This document shows, piece by piece, positions 19,921-30,321 of a stretch of DNA of 64,000 nt. The stretch is taken from NCBI GenBank assembly GCA_963764165.1, contig CAVXRD010000002.1:2688001-2752000 (forward strand). The letters run 5' to 3'. The notes under the pieces were generated by a model. That model searched no databases. It had not been told where the DNA came from and worked only from the letters and a program-made list of their open reading frames with translations. Source of the stretch: an uncultured Verrucomicrobiae bacterium (GTDB taxonomy: Bacteria > Verrucomicrobiota > Verrucomicrobiia > Limisphaerales > Palsa-1400). Position 1 is the stretch's first letter; every line of letters begins with the position of its first letter. The translations under genes were made by a program, and so were the position numbers.

Positions 19921-21603
19921 GAGACTGTCTCAAAACGTTTTAGTCTGGCCGATCTGGTTATATGGGCACCAATAGGGGCTGTGGAAACGGGTGTCAACTT
20001 TTAGTTGTCAGAGCGTGGCTGGCGTCAGCGATGACGCCAAGCTTCCCTTTCCCTCCTTTTTTAGGCCGCCATCGCCAAATTTCCTTCAACCGCGGCGGTT
20101 TTGACTTCCATTTTCGGCGTCTGGACCCGGGCCTGCCACTTTTTATAGAGGATTCGCAGGTTCAAGGTGGCGCATAACAAGGCCCATTGGGCTTGCACGG
20201 CTTCCAGACCCCAAACTGTCCAACGCCGAAAGCCGTCGTGTTGCTTGAGCTGCCCAAACCGGCGTTCGATGATCTCTTTGCGCTTTCCATAAAGCGCGGC
20301 GGGTCCTGGCTCTTGCAGCCGGGCCCGCATGGCTTGCACCAGCGTGGTGTGCGGCCACACTTCGACTTGCCGCCCTTTGGGATCGCGGCTGCAGAGGGCG
20401 CGCACGGGACAGTCTCGGTGATGGCAGCGGAAGCGCTCAACGGTCTGGCCTTTCTTGGTGGTCTGGCCTTCGTGGTCCAGAAGGCGCTCTTGCGGGCAGG
20501 TGACGGTGTGGGCCGCCTCGTCATAATGAAAATGCTGCGTCGCGTAGGCGTTGTCGTGGGCTGGCTTGCCCTCCGCCGGCGGGGCCAGCACATTCATCTG
20601 CTGTTCCACGGCCGCTTTCAAGTCGGCCCCGCCCCCATAGCCGGCGTCGGCGGCGGTGAGGGTTGGAATGGCCGCCGGACCGAGGTTTTGCCTCGCTTCT
20701 TCAATCATGGGGACCAGCTGGCCGGCGTCGGTTTCCTGGCGGGTGGCTTGACAGGCGACCATGATGCCCTCCTGGCTGTCGGCCACCGCCTGGGCGTTGT
20801 AGGCAAAGCGGTTGGTGTCGCCGACTTTCATCCGGCGCGCCTCCGGTTCGGCTGGATGGTAATGGTGGCGCCCGTCGGCCTGCAGCTGGGCCAGGCCTTT
20901 TTTGATTTCCTCGCGCAGGGCCTGGCGCTGGGCCAACCCGGCGGGCAGCCGGCAGCCCGGTGCGCTGGAATCCTGGTTCTCCGCCACGACTTTGAGCTCG
21001 ATTTCCTCCAAGGCGCCATCCAGCTGGGCCAGGAGCTTCTCCATGTAAACCTTGCTCCAGCCCTGCGGCCCGCTGCAGGCGGCTTGAATCTTGGTGCCGT
21101 CCAACGCTTGCAAGGCAAATCCCACCGCCCCGGTGCGGAGGGCCAGCTGCACGGTTTGCTTGAAAACCTGGCGCAGGGCCTTTTTGTTTCCGTCCCAGAA
21201 CCGCCAGAGGCTGTTGTGGTCGGGGGCGTTGAGCCCCGTCAGCCACAGCAGCGAGACATGCTCCGTGCAGGCGGTTTCCAGCTTGCGGGTGGAGCGAATG
21301 CGGTGGAAATAACCGTAAAGCCAAATCTTGAGCAGGAGGCTGGGGGCATAGGGCGGACGGCCTTCGGCGGCGGCGGGAATGACAAACCCAAGCTGGGGCA
21401 GATCCAACTGGTCGACAAATTCGCGCAGGAAGCGGGCGGGATGGTCGGCGGACACCCAGTCCTCCAGGGCGGGCGGGAGGAGGAACTGCTGTCCGTAATC
21501 AGGGGCAATCGGTTGAGCCATATTTGTTGAACGGCATTGTCAACTAAAGGCTCACATATTGTCAAATACATTCCTCAAAAAACAGAAGTTTTGAGACAAT
21601 CTC
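19921..21603 (-). mobile_element. IS1182-family insertion sequence, 1683 bp
   Basis: 16-bp terminal IRs GAGACTGTCTCAAAAC / GTTTTGAGACAATCTC (1 mismatch) around a single transposase; flanks CGCA / CGCC. Confidence 0.9.
20061..21521 (-). CDS. IS1182-family DDE transposase
   Basis: LPPALEDWV..DHPAR, GRPPYAP, PDHNSL, ALDGTKI, YNAQ, ADAGY, Cys-rich insert, RKEIIERRFGQLK. Confidence 0.93.
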   Translation of the reverse strand: MAQPIAPDYGQQFLLPPALEDWVSADHPARFLREFVDQLDLPQLGFVIPAAAEGRPPYAPSLLLKIWLYGYFHRIRSTRKLETACTEHVSLLWLTGLNAPDHNSLWRFWDGNKKALRQVFKQTVQLALRTGAVGFALQALDGTKIQAACSGPQGWSKVYMEKLLAQLDGALEEIELKVVAENQDSSAPGCRLPAGLAQRQALREEIKKGLAQLQADGRHHYHPAEPEARRMKVGDTNRFAYNAQAVADSQEGIMVACQATRQETDAGQLVPMIEEARQNLGPAAIPTLTAADAGYGGGADLKAAVEQQMNVLAPPAEGKPAHDNAYATQHFHYDEAAHTVTCPQERLLDHEGQTTKKGQTVERFRCHHRDCPVRALCSRDPKGRQVEVWPHTTLVQAMRARLQEPGPAALYGKRKEIIERRFGQLKQHDGFRRWTVWGLEAVQAQWALLCATLNLRILYKKWQARVQTPKMEVKTAAVEGNLAMAA

Positions 21604-21774
21604 CGCCGAGGCGTCCGGGGCGAGGTGTTCTATTCTCGAGAACCGTCCAAGAATCCACACGCAACCGGACGCCTCGGCGAGGCGTCCCTACCTCGCTTCG
21701 CGATTAAAGAGTGAACGCCAATCAAAATTGCATCGCCGCGCCGATTCCCGTAGCGTGGCGGTTCTCGGTGATTT

Positions 21775-23466
21775 ATGGCCATGCAAATACCATTTTGGCT
21801 GCTGACTCTCTTGGTTTCCGGCATCGCTCTGCAAGCGAGCGATTCCGTTTACGATGTCGTCATTCGCAACGGCGTCATTTACGACGGCTCGGGCGGCGCG
21901 CCTTTCAACGGCGACATAGCCATTAATGGCGACAAGATCGTTGCGCTGGGAAATCTGGCGGGGGCGAAGGGAAAATTGGAAATCGACGCGCATGGCTTGG
22001 CGGTTGCGCCTGGATTCATCAATATGCTCAGTTGGGCGACCGATTCGCTCATTGTCGACGGCCGTTCGCAAAGCGATTTGCGCCAGGGCGTGACGCTCGA
22101 AGTCATGGGTGAAGGCGAATCAATGGGGCCGCTCAACGCCTCAATGAAAAAGGGAATGCTCGACGCGCAGGGCGACATCAAGTTTCCCATCGAATGGACA
22201 ACCCTGGGCGAGTATCTCGAATTTCTCGTCCGCCGAGGCGTCTCGTGCAACGTCGCCTCCTTTTTTGGGGCGACGACCGCGCGCATTCACGAAGTGGGCT
22301 ACGCGGATCGCCCGCCGACTCCGGCGGAACTGGAGCGCATGAAAAAATTGACGCGACACGCGATGGAGGAAGGCGCGATGGGTGTGGCGTCCGCTCTTAT
22401 TTACGCGCCCGCCTACTACGCCAAGACTGACGAGTTGATCGCACTGGCCAAAGTCGCCGCCGAATATGACGGGATGTATATCTCCCACCTTCGCAGCGAG
22501 GGAACGGATTTCGATGGCGCGCTGGATGAATTCCTGCGCATCGCTCGCGACGCCAATATTCGCGCTGAAGTATACCACCTGAAGGCGGCAGGCCGCGCCA
22601 ATTGGAGAAAGCTCGATGGCGTCATCGCAAAAATTGAAGCCGCCCAAAAAAGCGGCCAGCGCATCACCGCGGACATGTACACGTATGCCGCCGCCGCCAC
22701 CGGCCTCGATGCGATCATGCCACCGTGGGTTCAGGAAGGCGGTTACGATGAATGGGCGAAACGGCTGAAGGACCCGGCGATCCGCGAAAAACTGCGCGCG
22801 GAAATGCAATCCCCAAGCGACAAGTGGGAGAACTTTTACGTGGCCGCCGGTTCGCCGGAAAACATTCTTCTTGTCAACTTCCGCAACGACAAATTGAAAC
22901 CGCTCACGGGCAAAACCCTCGCCGAAGTCGCCGCCATGCGCGGAACACCGCCGATTGACACCGCCATGGATTTGGTGATCGAAGACGGCAGCCGGGTCGG
23001 CACAATTTATTTCATCATGTCCGAGGATAACGTTCGCAAGCAAATCGCGCTGCCGTGGGTGAGTTTCGATTCGGACGCCGGTTCGATTGCGCCGGAGGGA
23101 GTCTTTCTAAAATCCAATCCGCACCCGCGCACTTACGGAACCTTCGCCCGGCTGCTGGGAAAATATGTGCGCGACGAAAAAATCATTCCGCTGGCGGAGG
23201 CGATTCGGAAACTCACATCCCTGCCCGCGGCCAATTTGAAACTAGATCGGCGCGGCTCGTTAAAAGCCGGATACTACGCGGATATCGTTATATTTGACCC
23301 TGAGAAAATTCAGGACCACGCCACATTCGCCAAGCCGCACCAATATTCGACGGGCGTGGTGGATGTGCTGGTGAACGGCGTGCCGGTCATCAAGGAGGGC
23401 GAGCACACCGGCGCGAAACCAGGCCAGGTCGTGCGCGGCCCGGGATGGAAAAAGAGGCGGCGTTGA
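21775..23466 (+). CDS. N-acyl-D-amino-acid deacylase (amidohydrolase)
   Basis: DVVIRNGVIYDGSG, APGFIN, SHLRSEG, HPRTYGTF, GYYADIVIFDP; signal peptide. Confidence 0.9.
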   Translation: MAMQIPFWLLTLLVSGIALQASDSVYDVVIRNGVIYDGSGGAPFNGDIAINGDKIVALGNLAGAKGKLEIDAHGLAVAPGFINMLSWATDSLIVDGRSQSDLRQGVTLEVMGEGESMGPLNASMKKGMLDAQGDIKFPIEWTTLGEYLEFLVRRGVSCNVASFFGATTARIHEVGYADRPPTPAELERMKKLTRHAMEEGAMGVASALIYAPAYYAKTDELIALAKVAAEYDGMYISHLRSEGTDFDGALDEFLRIARDANIRAEVYHLKAAGRANWRKLDGVIAKIEAAQKSGQRITADMYTYAAAATGLDAIMPPWVQEGGYDEWAKRLKDPAIREKLRAEMQSPSDKWENFYVAAGSPENILLVNFRNDKLKPLTGKTLAEVAAMRGTPPIDTAMDLVIEDGSRVGTIYFIMSEDNVRKQIALPWVSFDSDAGSIAPEGVFLKSNPHPRTYGTFARLLGKYVRDEKIIPLAEAIRKLTSLPAANLKLDRRGSLKAGYYADIVIFDPEKIQDHATFAKPHQYSTGVVDVLVNGVPVIKEGEHTGAKPGQVVRGPGWKKRRR

Positions 23467-23480
23467 TTAACCCACGCGCT

Positions 23481-23550
23481 CGGTAGGGCGAGGCTCCTGC
23501 CGAGCCGCTCCCCGTTTCCAAGATGGCTCGGCAGGAGCCTCGCCCTACCG
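23481..23550. repeat. GTAG-REP doublet, family D (perfect 26-bp inverted repeat)
   Basis: CGGTAGGGCGAGGCTCCTGCCGAGCC / GGCTCGGCAGGAGCCTCGCCCTACCG. Confidence 0.85.
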
Positions 23551-23724
23551 ACATTATCATTTCGCGGAGTCATTAATGTCACAGAAATTTTTCAGTTGCA
23601 GCGCGGGGGATTTGTGCTGAGAATCGGCGCCATGACAAATCCAATCAGTCCTGGCGCAAGTGTCGCCTGGCGCTGTTCGTCAGCATTCATTGCAATCCCC
23701 CGTTTCCTCGCCAGTTAAGTTGAT

Positions 23725-25653
23725 ATGCAACCGATTCATCTAGCCTGGGTAGATTACGCCATTCTTCTCGCCTACACTGCGTTCGTCATCGGCATCGGCT
23801 TTGCCCTGCGCGGCCAGTTGAAAACGTCGGCGGATTTCCTGACTTCCGGGCGTTCGATTCCGACCTGGGTAACCGGGCTGGCCTTCATGGCGGCGAACCT
23901 CGGCGCCCTTGAATTGGTCGGCATGGCGGCGAGCGGCGCGAAGTACGGCATATCAACGGCGCACTTCTATTGGGTCGGCGCGATACCGGCGATGATCTTT
24001 CTGGCCGTGTTCATGATGCCGTTTTATTACGGCTCGAAAGCGCGCTCAGTGCCGGAATACCTCAATCTTCGTTTCGACGGGCGCGTGCGCTGCTTCAACT
24101 CGATCACCTTCGCGGTCATGACCGTTTTCGCGTCCGGCATTTCGATGAACGCGCTGGCGAAATTGCTGCATCTGCTCCTCGGTTGGAATTACACCAGCAG
24201 CCTGTTCATCTGTTCGGCGATTGTGCTGGTCTACGTGCTCAAGGGCGGATTGACCTCCGCGATTTACACGGAAGTGCTGCAATTTTTCATGATCGTGCTC
24301 GGCTTCGCGCCGGTCGTTTATCTGGGGCTCAAGGACATGGGCGGATGGGATGCCATCAAGCAGAAATTGGTGGCTGTTTCGGCCAATCCGGCAGCGCTCT
24401 CACTAAATACAAAGACTTTCCAATCAGACGCCTGGACGAGCGCGTGGAAGCCTGTCCTGGCCGGCCCGAGCCATAACCCGATGGGCGTGGATTGGTTCGC
24501 GATCCTGTTCGGATTGGGCTTCGTGCTTTCGTTTGGTTATTGGTGCACCAACTTCCTCGTCGTGCAGCGCGCGATGGCGGCGAAAGACATGGGCGCTGCC
24601 CGCCGCACTCCGCTCGTCGCGGCGGTGCCGAAAATGATTTTTCCAGTCCTCGTCATTTTGCCTGGCATCATCGCCATTGCGCTGGCTTCGACACCGGGAA
24701 AAGGTTATCGGCTGCCGCCGGTTGCCATTAATGAATACTCGACTGCGATGGCCGATTTGAACGCGGCAAAAACCGCGGGCGCCGACGCGACTTACGCCAA
24801 GTTGCAAAAGGATCTCGACAAGAAATTGGACAAGGCAAAAGTTGACGCGCTCGTGGCGGACATGGGCAAAGGCAGCGTTCCAGAATCCGATGTCAAGAAT
24901 CGCTTGCAGGACGCTGTGACAGATGTCGATTTCGACGGAATCATCCTTTCGCTCGTCAAAAAGTATTGCCCACCCGGATTGCTCGGCTTGGCACTGACGG
25001 CGTTGCTGGCTTCGTTCATGTCCGGCATGGCAGGCAACGTGACGGCGTTCAATACGGTTTGGACTTACGATCTTTATCAGGCTTACCTTGCGCCCAACAA
25101 GCCCGATCGCCATTACTTCTTCATGGGCCAGGCGATTACGGTAGTGGGAATTGGTCTCAGCATCGGCTGCGCGTTTTTCGCCGCGCATTATTCGAATGCC
25201 ATGGACGTCGTTCAGTTGGTGTTCGGTTTTGTCAACGCCCCGCTTTTCGCCACGTTCCTCCTCGGCATGTTCTGGGCGCGCACAACGGGGACAGGCGCAT
25301 TCCTCGGACTGCTCGGCGGCACCGCGACGTCTGGACTATTCCACGCGATGACCATTGCGGAAGGAAACACGCCCGGCATCAAAGGCGGCTACCTCAAAGT
25401 GGTTCAAACATTTCCGAGCGAGATGGCGCAAAATTTCTGGCTCGCGACCTTCGCGTTCGGCGCCTGCTTCATATTGACAGCGGGCATTTCGCTCGCCACC
25501 CGCCGCACGAAAACGGATGCGGAGCTTAAGGGATTGGTCTATTCGATGACGCCGAAACTGGTGGATGCGAATGAACCGTTCTATTTGAAACCGGCTGTGC
25601 TGGGAACGATCCTCCTTGTGTGCTGCCTCATCCTTAACGTCATATTCTGGTAA
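23725..25653 (+). CDS. Sodium:solute symporter (probably galactose)
   Basis: SSS motifs SVPEYL, YWCTNFLVVQR, LLASFMSG; upstream of galK. Confidence 0.9.
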   Translation: MQPIHLAWVDYAILLAYTAFVIGIGFALRGQLKTSADFLTSGRSIPTWVTGLAFMAANLGALELVGMAASGAKYGISTAHFYWVGAIPAMIFLAVFMMPFYYGSKARSVPEYLNLRFDGRVRCFNSITFAVMTVFASGISMNALAKLLHLLLGWNYTSSLFICSAIVLVYVLKGGLTSAIYTEVLQFFMIVLGFAPVVYLGLKDMGGWDAIKQKLVAVSANPAALSLNTKTFQSDAWTSAWKPVLAGPSHNPMGVDWFAILFGLGFVLSFGYWCTNFLVVQRAMAAKDMGAARRTPLVAAVPKMIFPVLVILPGIIAIALASTPGKGYRLPPVAINEYSTAMADLNAAKTAGADATYAKLQKDLDKKLDKAKVDALVADMGKGSVPESDVKNRLQDAVTDVDFDGIILSLVKKYCPPGLLGLALTALLASFMSGMAGNVTAFNTVWTYDLYQAYLAPNKPDRHYFFMGQAITVVGIGLSIGCAFFAAHYSNAMDVVQLVFGFVNAPLFATFLLGMFWARTTGTGAFLGLLGGTATSGLFHAMTIAEGNTPGIKGGYLKVVQTFPSEMAQNFWLATFAFGACFILTAGISLATRRTKTDAELKGLVYSMTPKLVDANEPFYLKPAVLGTILLVCCLILNVIFW

Positions 25654-25665
25654 GAAAGAAAATTT

Positions 25666-25884
25666 ATGGGTCTCGATATTCGCTTTCCAATCGGCATCAT
25701 GTTCTCCCTCATCGGAGTGCTCCTTGTGGGCTACGGCGCGATGACAGGCTCGGATACGGAGATGTACGCGCGCACCTCGCTCGGCACCAACATCAATCTG
25801 ATCTGGGGCGCCGTGCTGCTGGTCTTCGGCGTCGCCATGCTCGCGGGCGCCATCATGGGCCGCAATAAACCTCTCACCAAATAA
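25666..25884 (+). CDS. Small two-TM membrane protein associated with the SSS transporter
   Basis: MGLDIRFPIG...NINLIWG, two hydrophobic helices, in operon position. Confidence 0.8.
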   Translation: MGLDIRFPIGIMFSLIGVLLVGYGAMTGSDTEMYARTSLGTNINLIWGAVLLVFGVAMLAGAIMGRNKPLTK

Positions 25885-25898
25885 CGCCAGGGCCTCAC

Positions 25899-27071
25899 AT
25901 GAAATTGCAGGAGCTCGCCGCGCAAACCGCGGACGAATTTAAGAAAATTTACGGACGCGCGCCGCGCTGGATCGCCGCCGCGCCCGGGCGCGTCAACGTC
26001 ATTGGCGAACACATTGATTACAACGATGGTTTCGTGCTGCCGATGGCGATTGAGTATTTTTCCGTGATGGCAGCCGACCGTCCCGTGAATGGCGGGACGG
26101 TGATCACAATGCGTTCCACCGCCGAAGCCGAAGCGGCGACCATCGACACCACGGAAACCATTTCAACCAGCCCGCTCAAATGGAGCAATTACCCCCGAGG
26201 CGTGATCGCAGGATTCGTCGCGCGCGGATTGAACCCGGGTGGACTGGATGTTTTGCTGCGCTCGACCGTTCCGCTCGGCAGCGGATTGTCTAGCAGCGCG
26301 GCCTTGGAAGTTTGCACCGCGACCTTGCTAGAGGCGGTCACGGGCACGCGGCTCGATCCCGTCGAAAAGGCGCTGTTGTGCCAGAAGGCGGAGCATGAAT
26401 TCGCGGGTGTTCCTTGCGGCATCATGGATCAATTCATTTCCGCAATGGGACGCGAAGGGCATTTGCTCCTGCTCGATTGCCGCACTCGCAAGACGGAACT
26501 GGTGCCGATGCAGGATCCGTCCATCGAGCTTTTGATTGTCAATACGAACGTCAAACACGAATTGGGCAGCAGCCAATACGCCCGCCGCCGCGCCCAATGC
26601 GAAGCCGCCGCCAAGATTCTCGTCGTCCCTTCCCTGCGCGACGCCTCCTTCGATTTGCTCGAAAGCGGCAAAGGCAAAATGGACGAAGAGACGTTCCGCC
26701 GCGCCCGCCACGTCATCGGCGAAATCGACCGCACCGTGCGCGCCGCCAGCGCCATCCGCGCCTCAAAATGGACCGAGGCAGGCGAATTGATGTACGCCAG
26801 CCACAATTCGCTGCGCAATGATTACGAAGTAAGCTGCTCTGAGTTGGATGCGGTGGTCGAAACGGCAGCAGCGATTGGGTTAAGCGGCGGCGTCTACGGT
26901 TGCCGCATGACCGGCGGCGGTTTTGGAGGATGCGCCGTCGCTTTGGTGAAGAGCGAAAACGTCTCCGCGATTACGAGTCAAATTGCATCCGGTTACAAAG
27001 AGAAGACGGGCATTGAGGCGACGATTTTCGGCTCCCGCCCTGCCTCGGGTGCAATCATCATCAAAGAATAG
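25899..27071 (+). CDS. galK: Galactokinase
   Basis: APGRVNVIGEHIDYNDG, GSGLSSSAA, CGIMDQ, RMTGGGFGG. Confidence 0.96.
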   Translation: MKLQELAAQTADEFKKIYGRAPRWIAAAPGRVNVIGEHIDYNDGFVLPMAIEYFSVMAADRPVNGGTVITMRSTAEAEAATIDTTETISTSPLKWSNYPRGVIAGFVARGLNPGGLDVLLRSTVPLGSGLSSSAALEVCTATLLEAVTGTRLDPVEKALLCQKAEHEFAGVPCGIMDQFISAMGREGHLLLLDCRTRKTELVPMQDPSIELLIVNTNVKHELGSSQYARRRAQCEAAAKILVVPSLRDASFDLLESGKGKMDEETFRRARHVIGEIDRTVRAASAIRASKWTEAGELMYASHNSLRNDYEVSCSELDAVVETAAAIGLSGGVYGCRMTGGGFGGCAVALVKSENVSAITSQIASGYKEKTGIEATIFGSRPASGAIIIKE

Positions 27072-27125
27072 TCAAATAGCCATCATTGGAGGCGGAAGTT
27101 TTGCCAACTTCTCGCTTTAGCAACT

Positions 27126-27647
27126 TTATGCGGAGGAACTGCCCGGCGGCATTCTGTCTAAATAATAATGCACAATTTTCAAGGCTTTCTCCAGCGTGAT
27201 GCCCTGGCTCTGATCAATGGCAAGCGGGTGATCTGAGGGTTGTAACTCAATCGATGGACGCAGTGCAGCCCCCCAGTAGTGCGCACGGGTTTTCAGCATC
27301 TCGGTGGTCGTCGCATAATAGTCAATCCGAGTGCATAGCCAGCCGAAAAACGGTCCAATAGAATTTGACTCGGGATGCTCCACATAAGCGCGATAGTTCT
27401 CCTCCTTATGCGACACCCAGACTCCAAATCCAAAGCCCTCAGGGTAATCGATGACTGGAATCTCAATAACTCCGCGCACAAAAAAGGACTTCCCATCAAT
27501 TTCGCAGGTATCAGGAGTCAATTTGATGCGCCGATCCCTATCTCCTTCCGACACGTCCCAATAGTGAATCGGACGATCGGCACCAATGTGTGGCAAGTCC
27601 TCATGCTGCCGGCCGCAAATTGGACACTTGTATTCGATCATCGTCAT
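27126..27647 (-). CDS. DUF2199-like protein
   Basis: CPICG..H, FFVRGVIEIP, FGFGVWVS, FFGWL, HPLAIDQ..GI. Confidence 0.75.
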   Translation of the reverse strand: MTMIEYKCPICGRQHEDLPHIGADRPIHYWDVSEGDRDRRIKLTPDTCEIDGKSFFVRGVIEIPVIDYPEGFGFGVWVSHKEENYRAYVEHPESNSIGPFFGWLCTRIDYYATTTEMLKTRAHYWGAALRPSIELQPSDHPLAIDQSQGITLEKALKIVHYYLDRMPPGSSSA

Positions 27648-27688
27648 TCCTCAGCGGGAAAGAATAAGAGGCCCTCGAATTTTCCAAG

Positions 27689-28585
27689 CTAGCCTGCCAC
27701 TTCCTTCCAGGGCGGCGCAGACGGGAGGCTTTTTTCAAATTCTTCCACACGTTGCTTCTCGTATTCGCCGGCAAATGTTCCAGCGAAAAAGCGATCAATG
27801 CCGATGTCAAATAATTCCTTCCACGAAGCTTCTTCCTCGTGTGGAATTATGGGGTAGAATAAAACATTGTTGGCTTTCGCGGCTTTGTAGTCTCCGGGCG
27901 CATCACCGATCATTAAAATGTTTTCGTTCGGATATTTGCCGACGGCGGCGTATTTGAGGTGTTCAGTTTTAGATCCCATTTCCTGGCCAGCGATCAGGCG
28001 GACGTATTTTTCGATGCTATGCTCGGCCCATTCGCGTTCAAGGGCTTCGCCGGGGGTTTGAGAAATCACCATCGTGTCCGCCTGCGCGTTCATTTTTTCC
28101 AGGCAATCACGCACCAGCGGAAACGGCGGCACGCCATGCACGATATCGGCGATGGCGGCGTTCACGGCTTTCGACCAATCGAGCAACGGCGCAAGTTCCG
28201 CGCGGCCAGCCTTGATTTCGGCGGCGAGCGTTTTGTCGCCCAATTTGCTTTCGCGGGCCGTCCACTCCTCCAGCGGTTTAGTGTCAAATATCTGCACGCC
28301 GCGCTCGACAATTTCCGGGCGGCGTTTCAGAAAGGCCAGGGCGTAACCCAGGGCGTGAAAGCGGTTGCAGCCGCGATTTTTGGAATACAGATTCACGAAC
28401 TCCCACGTCTGCCGCGCGTATTTGCTGGCGGCCTGCAAGTGGAAATGCTTGATGAACATCGGCGTGAAGCATTCCTTCTGCTTGACCTCCATCGAGTCAA
28501 ATACGCAGCCATCGGAATCGATGCCGATGAAGAATTTCTGCCGCGGCGCGAAGTCGCGCAACGGCTGGGAGGAATCGGCGCTCAT
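27689..28585 (-). CDS. HAD-superfamily hydrolase
   Basis: GIDSDGCVFD motif I, MIGDAPGD motif IV. Confidence 0.88.
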   Translation of the reverse strand: MSADSSQPLRDFAPRQKFFIGIDSDGCVFDSMEVKQKECFTPMFIKHFHLQAASKYARQTWEFVNLYSKNRGCNRFHALGYALAFLKRRPEIVERGVQIFDTKPLEEWTARESKLGDKTLAAEIKAGRAELAPLLDWSKAVNAAIADIVHGVPPFPLVRDCLEKMNAQADTMVISQTPGEALEREWAEHSIEKYVRLIAGQEMGSKTEHLKYAAVGKYPNENILMIGDAPGDYKAAKANNVLFYPIIPHEEEASWKELFDIGIDRFFAGTFAGEYEKQRVEEFEKSLPSAPPWKEVAG

Positions 28586-28589
28586 CGGC

Positions 28590-30044
28590 TCAGACGGTGT
28601 AGGAGCCGGAAGAGGTCACGCCGCCGCGGCCCGTCCAGTTCGTGTGGAAATGCTGGCCGCGCGGCTGATCGACGCGCTCGTAGGTGTGCGCGCCGAAATA
28701 ATCGCGCTGCGCCTGCAGCAAATTGGCCGGCAAACGCGCGGTGCGGTAGCTGTCGTAGAAATTGAGCGCGGTGGAAAACGCGGGCGTCGGAATGCCCTTG
28801 CGCGCAGCCGTCGCCACCACCAAACGCCAGCCGCGCTGGCACTTCTTGATTTCGCCGCGAAAGAAATTATCCAGCAGCAAATTCGTCAGCTTCGGATTTT
28901 TGTCGTAAGCCTCCTTGATCTTGCCAAGGAACCGGCTGCGGATGATGCAGCCGCCGCGCCACATCAGGGCCACGCCGCCGTAGTTCAGGTTCCAGCCGTA
29001 TTCCTTCGCCGCCGCCGACATCAGCATGTAGCCCTGCGAGTAGGAAATAATTTTCGACGCGTAAAGCGCGAGGCGAATGGCCTCTACGAAGGCGGCTCGA
29101 TCCGCCGAGATCTTCGGGCGCGGCCCTTTTAATTTCTTGGCCGCCGCGACGCGCTCATCCTTCAAGGCCGAAACGCAGCGGGAGTAAACCGCCTCGGCAA
29201 TCAGCGTGATTGGAATGCCCAGATCAGTGGAATTGATGACCGTCCATTTGCCGGTGCCTTTCTGGCCGGCAGTATCAAGTATTTTGTCCACCAGCGGCAG
29301 GCCGTCGGTGTCCTTGTAGCCCAGAATGTGCGACGTGATTTCGACCAGATACGAATCGAGTTCGGATTGGTTCCACTTCACGAACTCCGCCTGCATTTCC
29401 TCGGCCGTCATGCCGAGGCCGTCTTTCATCAATTGGTAGGCTTCACAAATCAGCTCCATATCGCCGTATTCGATGCCGTTATGCACCATTTTGACGTAAT
29501 GGCCCGCGCCGTTCTCGCCGACCCAATCGCAGCACGGCACGTCGCCCTCGACTTTGGCCGCGATAGACTGGAAAATATCTTTGACGTGCGGCCATGCGTC
29601 CTTCGAGCCGCCTGGCATGATCGACGGGCCCTTGCGCGCGCCTTCCTCGCCACCGGAAACTCCGGTGCCAACGAACAGAATGCCCTTCCCCTCCAGATAT
29701 TTGACGCGGCGGGTGGTGTCCTGGAAAAGCGAATTGCCGCCGTCAATAATAATATCGCCTTTCTCGAGAAACGGCAGCAGTTCCTCGATCAAGTCATCCA
29801 CCGGCTGGCCGGCCTTGACCATCAGCATCACGCGGCGCGGACGTTTGAGCATCTTCGCCAATTCCTCAAGGGAATGCGCGCCGATGACCTTTGTCCCCTT
29901 CGCCTCGCGGCCAAGGAATTCATCGACCTTGGCGACGGTGCGGTTGAAAACAGCCACCGTGAAACCGTGGTCGTTCATGTTGAGGACGAGATTTTGGCCC
30001 ATGACGGCCAACCCGATTAGTGCGATATCAGCTTGAGCTTCCAT
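28590..30044 (-). CDS. gnd: 6-phosphogluconate dehydrogenase (decarboxylating)
   Basis: GLAVMGQN, SGGEEGA, GHYVKMVHNGIEY, GQKGTG, QRDYFGAHTY. Confidence 0.97.
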   Translation of the reverse strand: MEAQADIALIGLAVMGQNLVLNMNDHGFTVAVFNRTVAKVDEFLGREAKGTKVIGAHSLEELAKMLKRPRRVMLMVKAGQPVDDLIEELLPFLEKGDIIIDGGNSLFQDTTRRVKYLEGKGILFVGTGVSGGEEGARKGPSIMPGGSKDAWPHVKDIFQSIAAKVEGDVPCCDWVGENGAGHYVKMVHNGIEYGDMELICEAYQLMKDGLGMTAEEMQAEFVKWNQSELDSYLVEITSHILGYKDTDGLPLVDKILDTAGQKGTGKWTVINSTDLGIPITLIAEAVYSRCVSALKDERVAAAKKLKGPRPKISADRAAFVEAIRLALYASKIISYSQGYMLMSAAAKEYGWNLNYGGVALMWRGGCIIRSRFLGKIKEAYDKNPKLTNLLLDNFFRGEIKKCQRGWRLVVATAARKGIPTPAFSTALNFYDSYRTARLPANLLQAQRDYFGAHTYERVDQPRGQHFHTNWTGRGGVTSSGSYTV

Positions 30045-30120
30045 AGAGATTCCAATGAATGGAACATACAAAACGGCCTGCGATTAGCAACAGGAGAATG
30101 TTTGGGCGCAAGATTTTAAT

Positions 30121-30280
30121 TGGACCGCGGCTGTGTCGAAGACCAGCCGCAGCCGCTTCGAAATTAGAGGCCGTTGGAAAGATCACCCCGATTTGCCGAT
30201 GATGGTTCCGAAGTTTTGAGTATTTTCAGGTTTTCGGTTGTTTGGGTGCTGCTGCGGCTGGTCTTCGACACAGCCGCGCC
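30121..30280. repeat. REPIN-like inverted repeat, family B
   Basis: CGCGGCTGTGTCGAAGACCAGCCGCAGC ... GCTGCGGCTGGTCTTCGACACAGCCGCG. Confidence 0.85.
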
Positions 30281-30321
30281 GCCTGCCGGCCTGCGCCCAT
30301 CACCCACTTCCAATCACACTC

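Larger units (their letters stand above)
19905..21691. repeat. Family A GTAG-REPIN split by the IS1182 element
   Basis: GTAGGGACGCCTCGC(A) at 19905-19920; CGCCGAGGCGTCC ... GGACGCCTCGGCGAGGCGTCCCTAC at 21604-21691. Confidence 0.85.

Noticed and set aside
23652..23667. Sigma54-like TGGCGCAAGTGTCGCC and a 28-codon uORF (23632-23718) before the symporter
   Set aside because: The -12 element lacks TT, there is no paired upstream motif, and nothing else supports the uORF.
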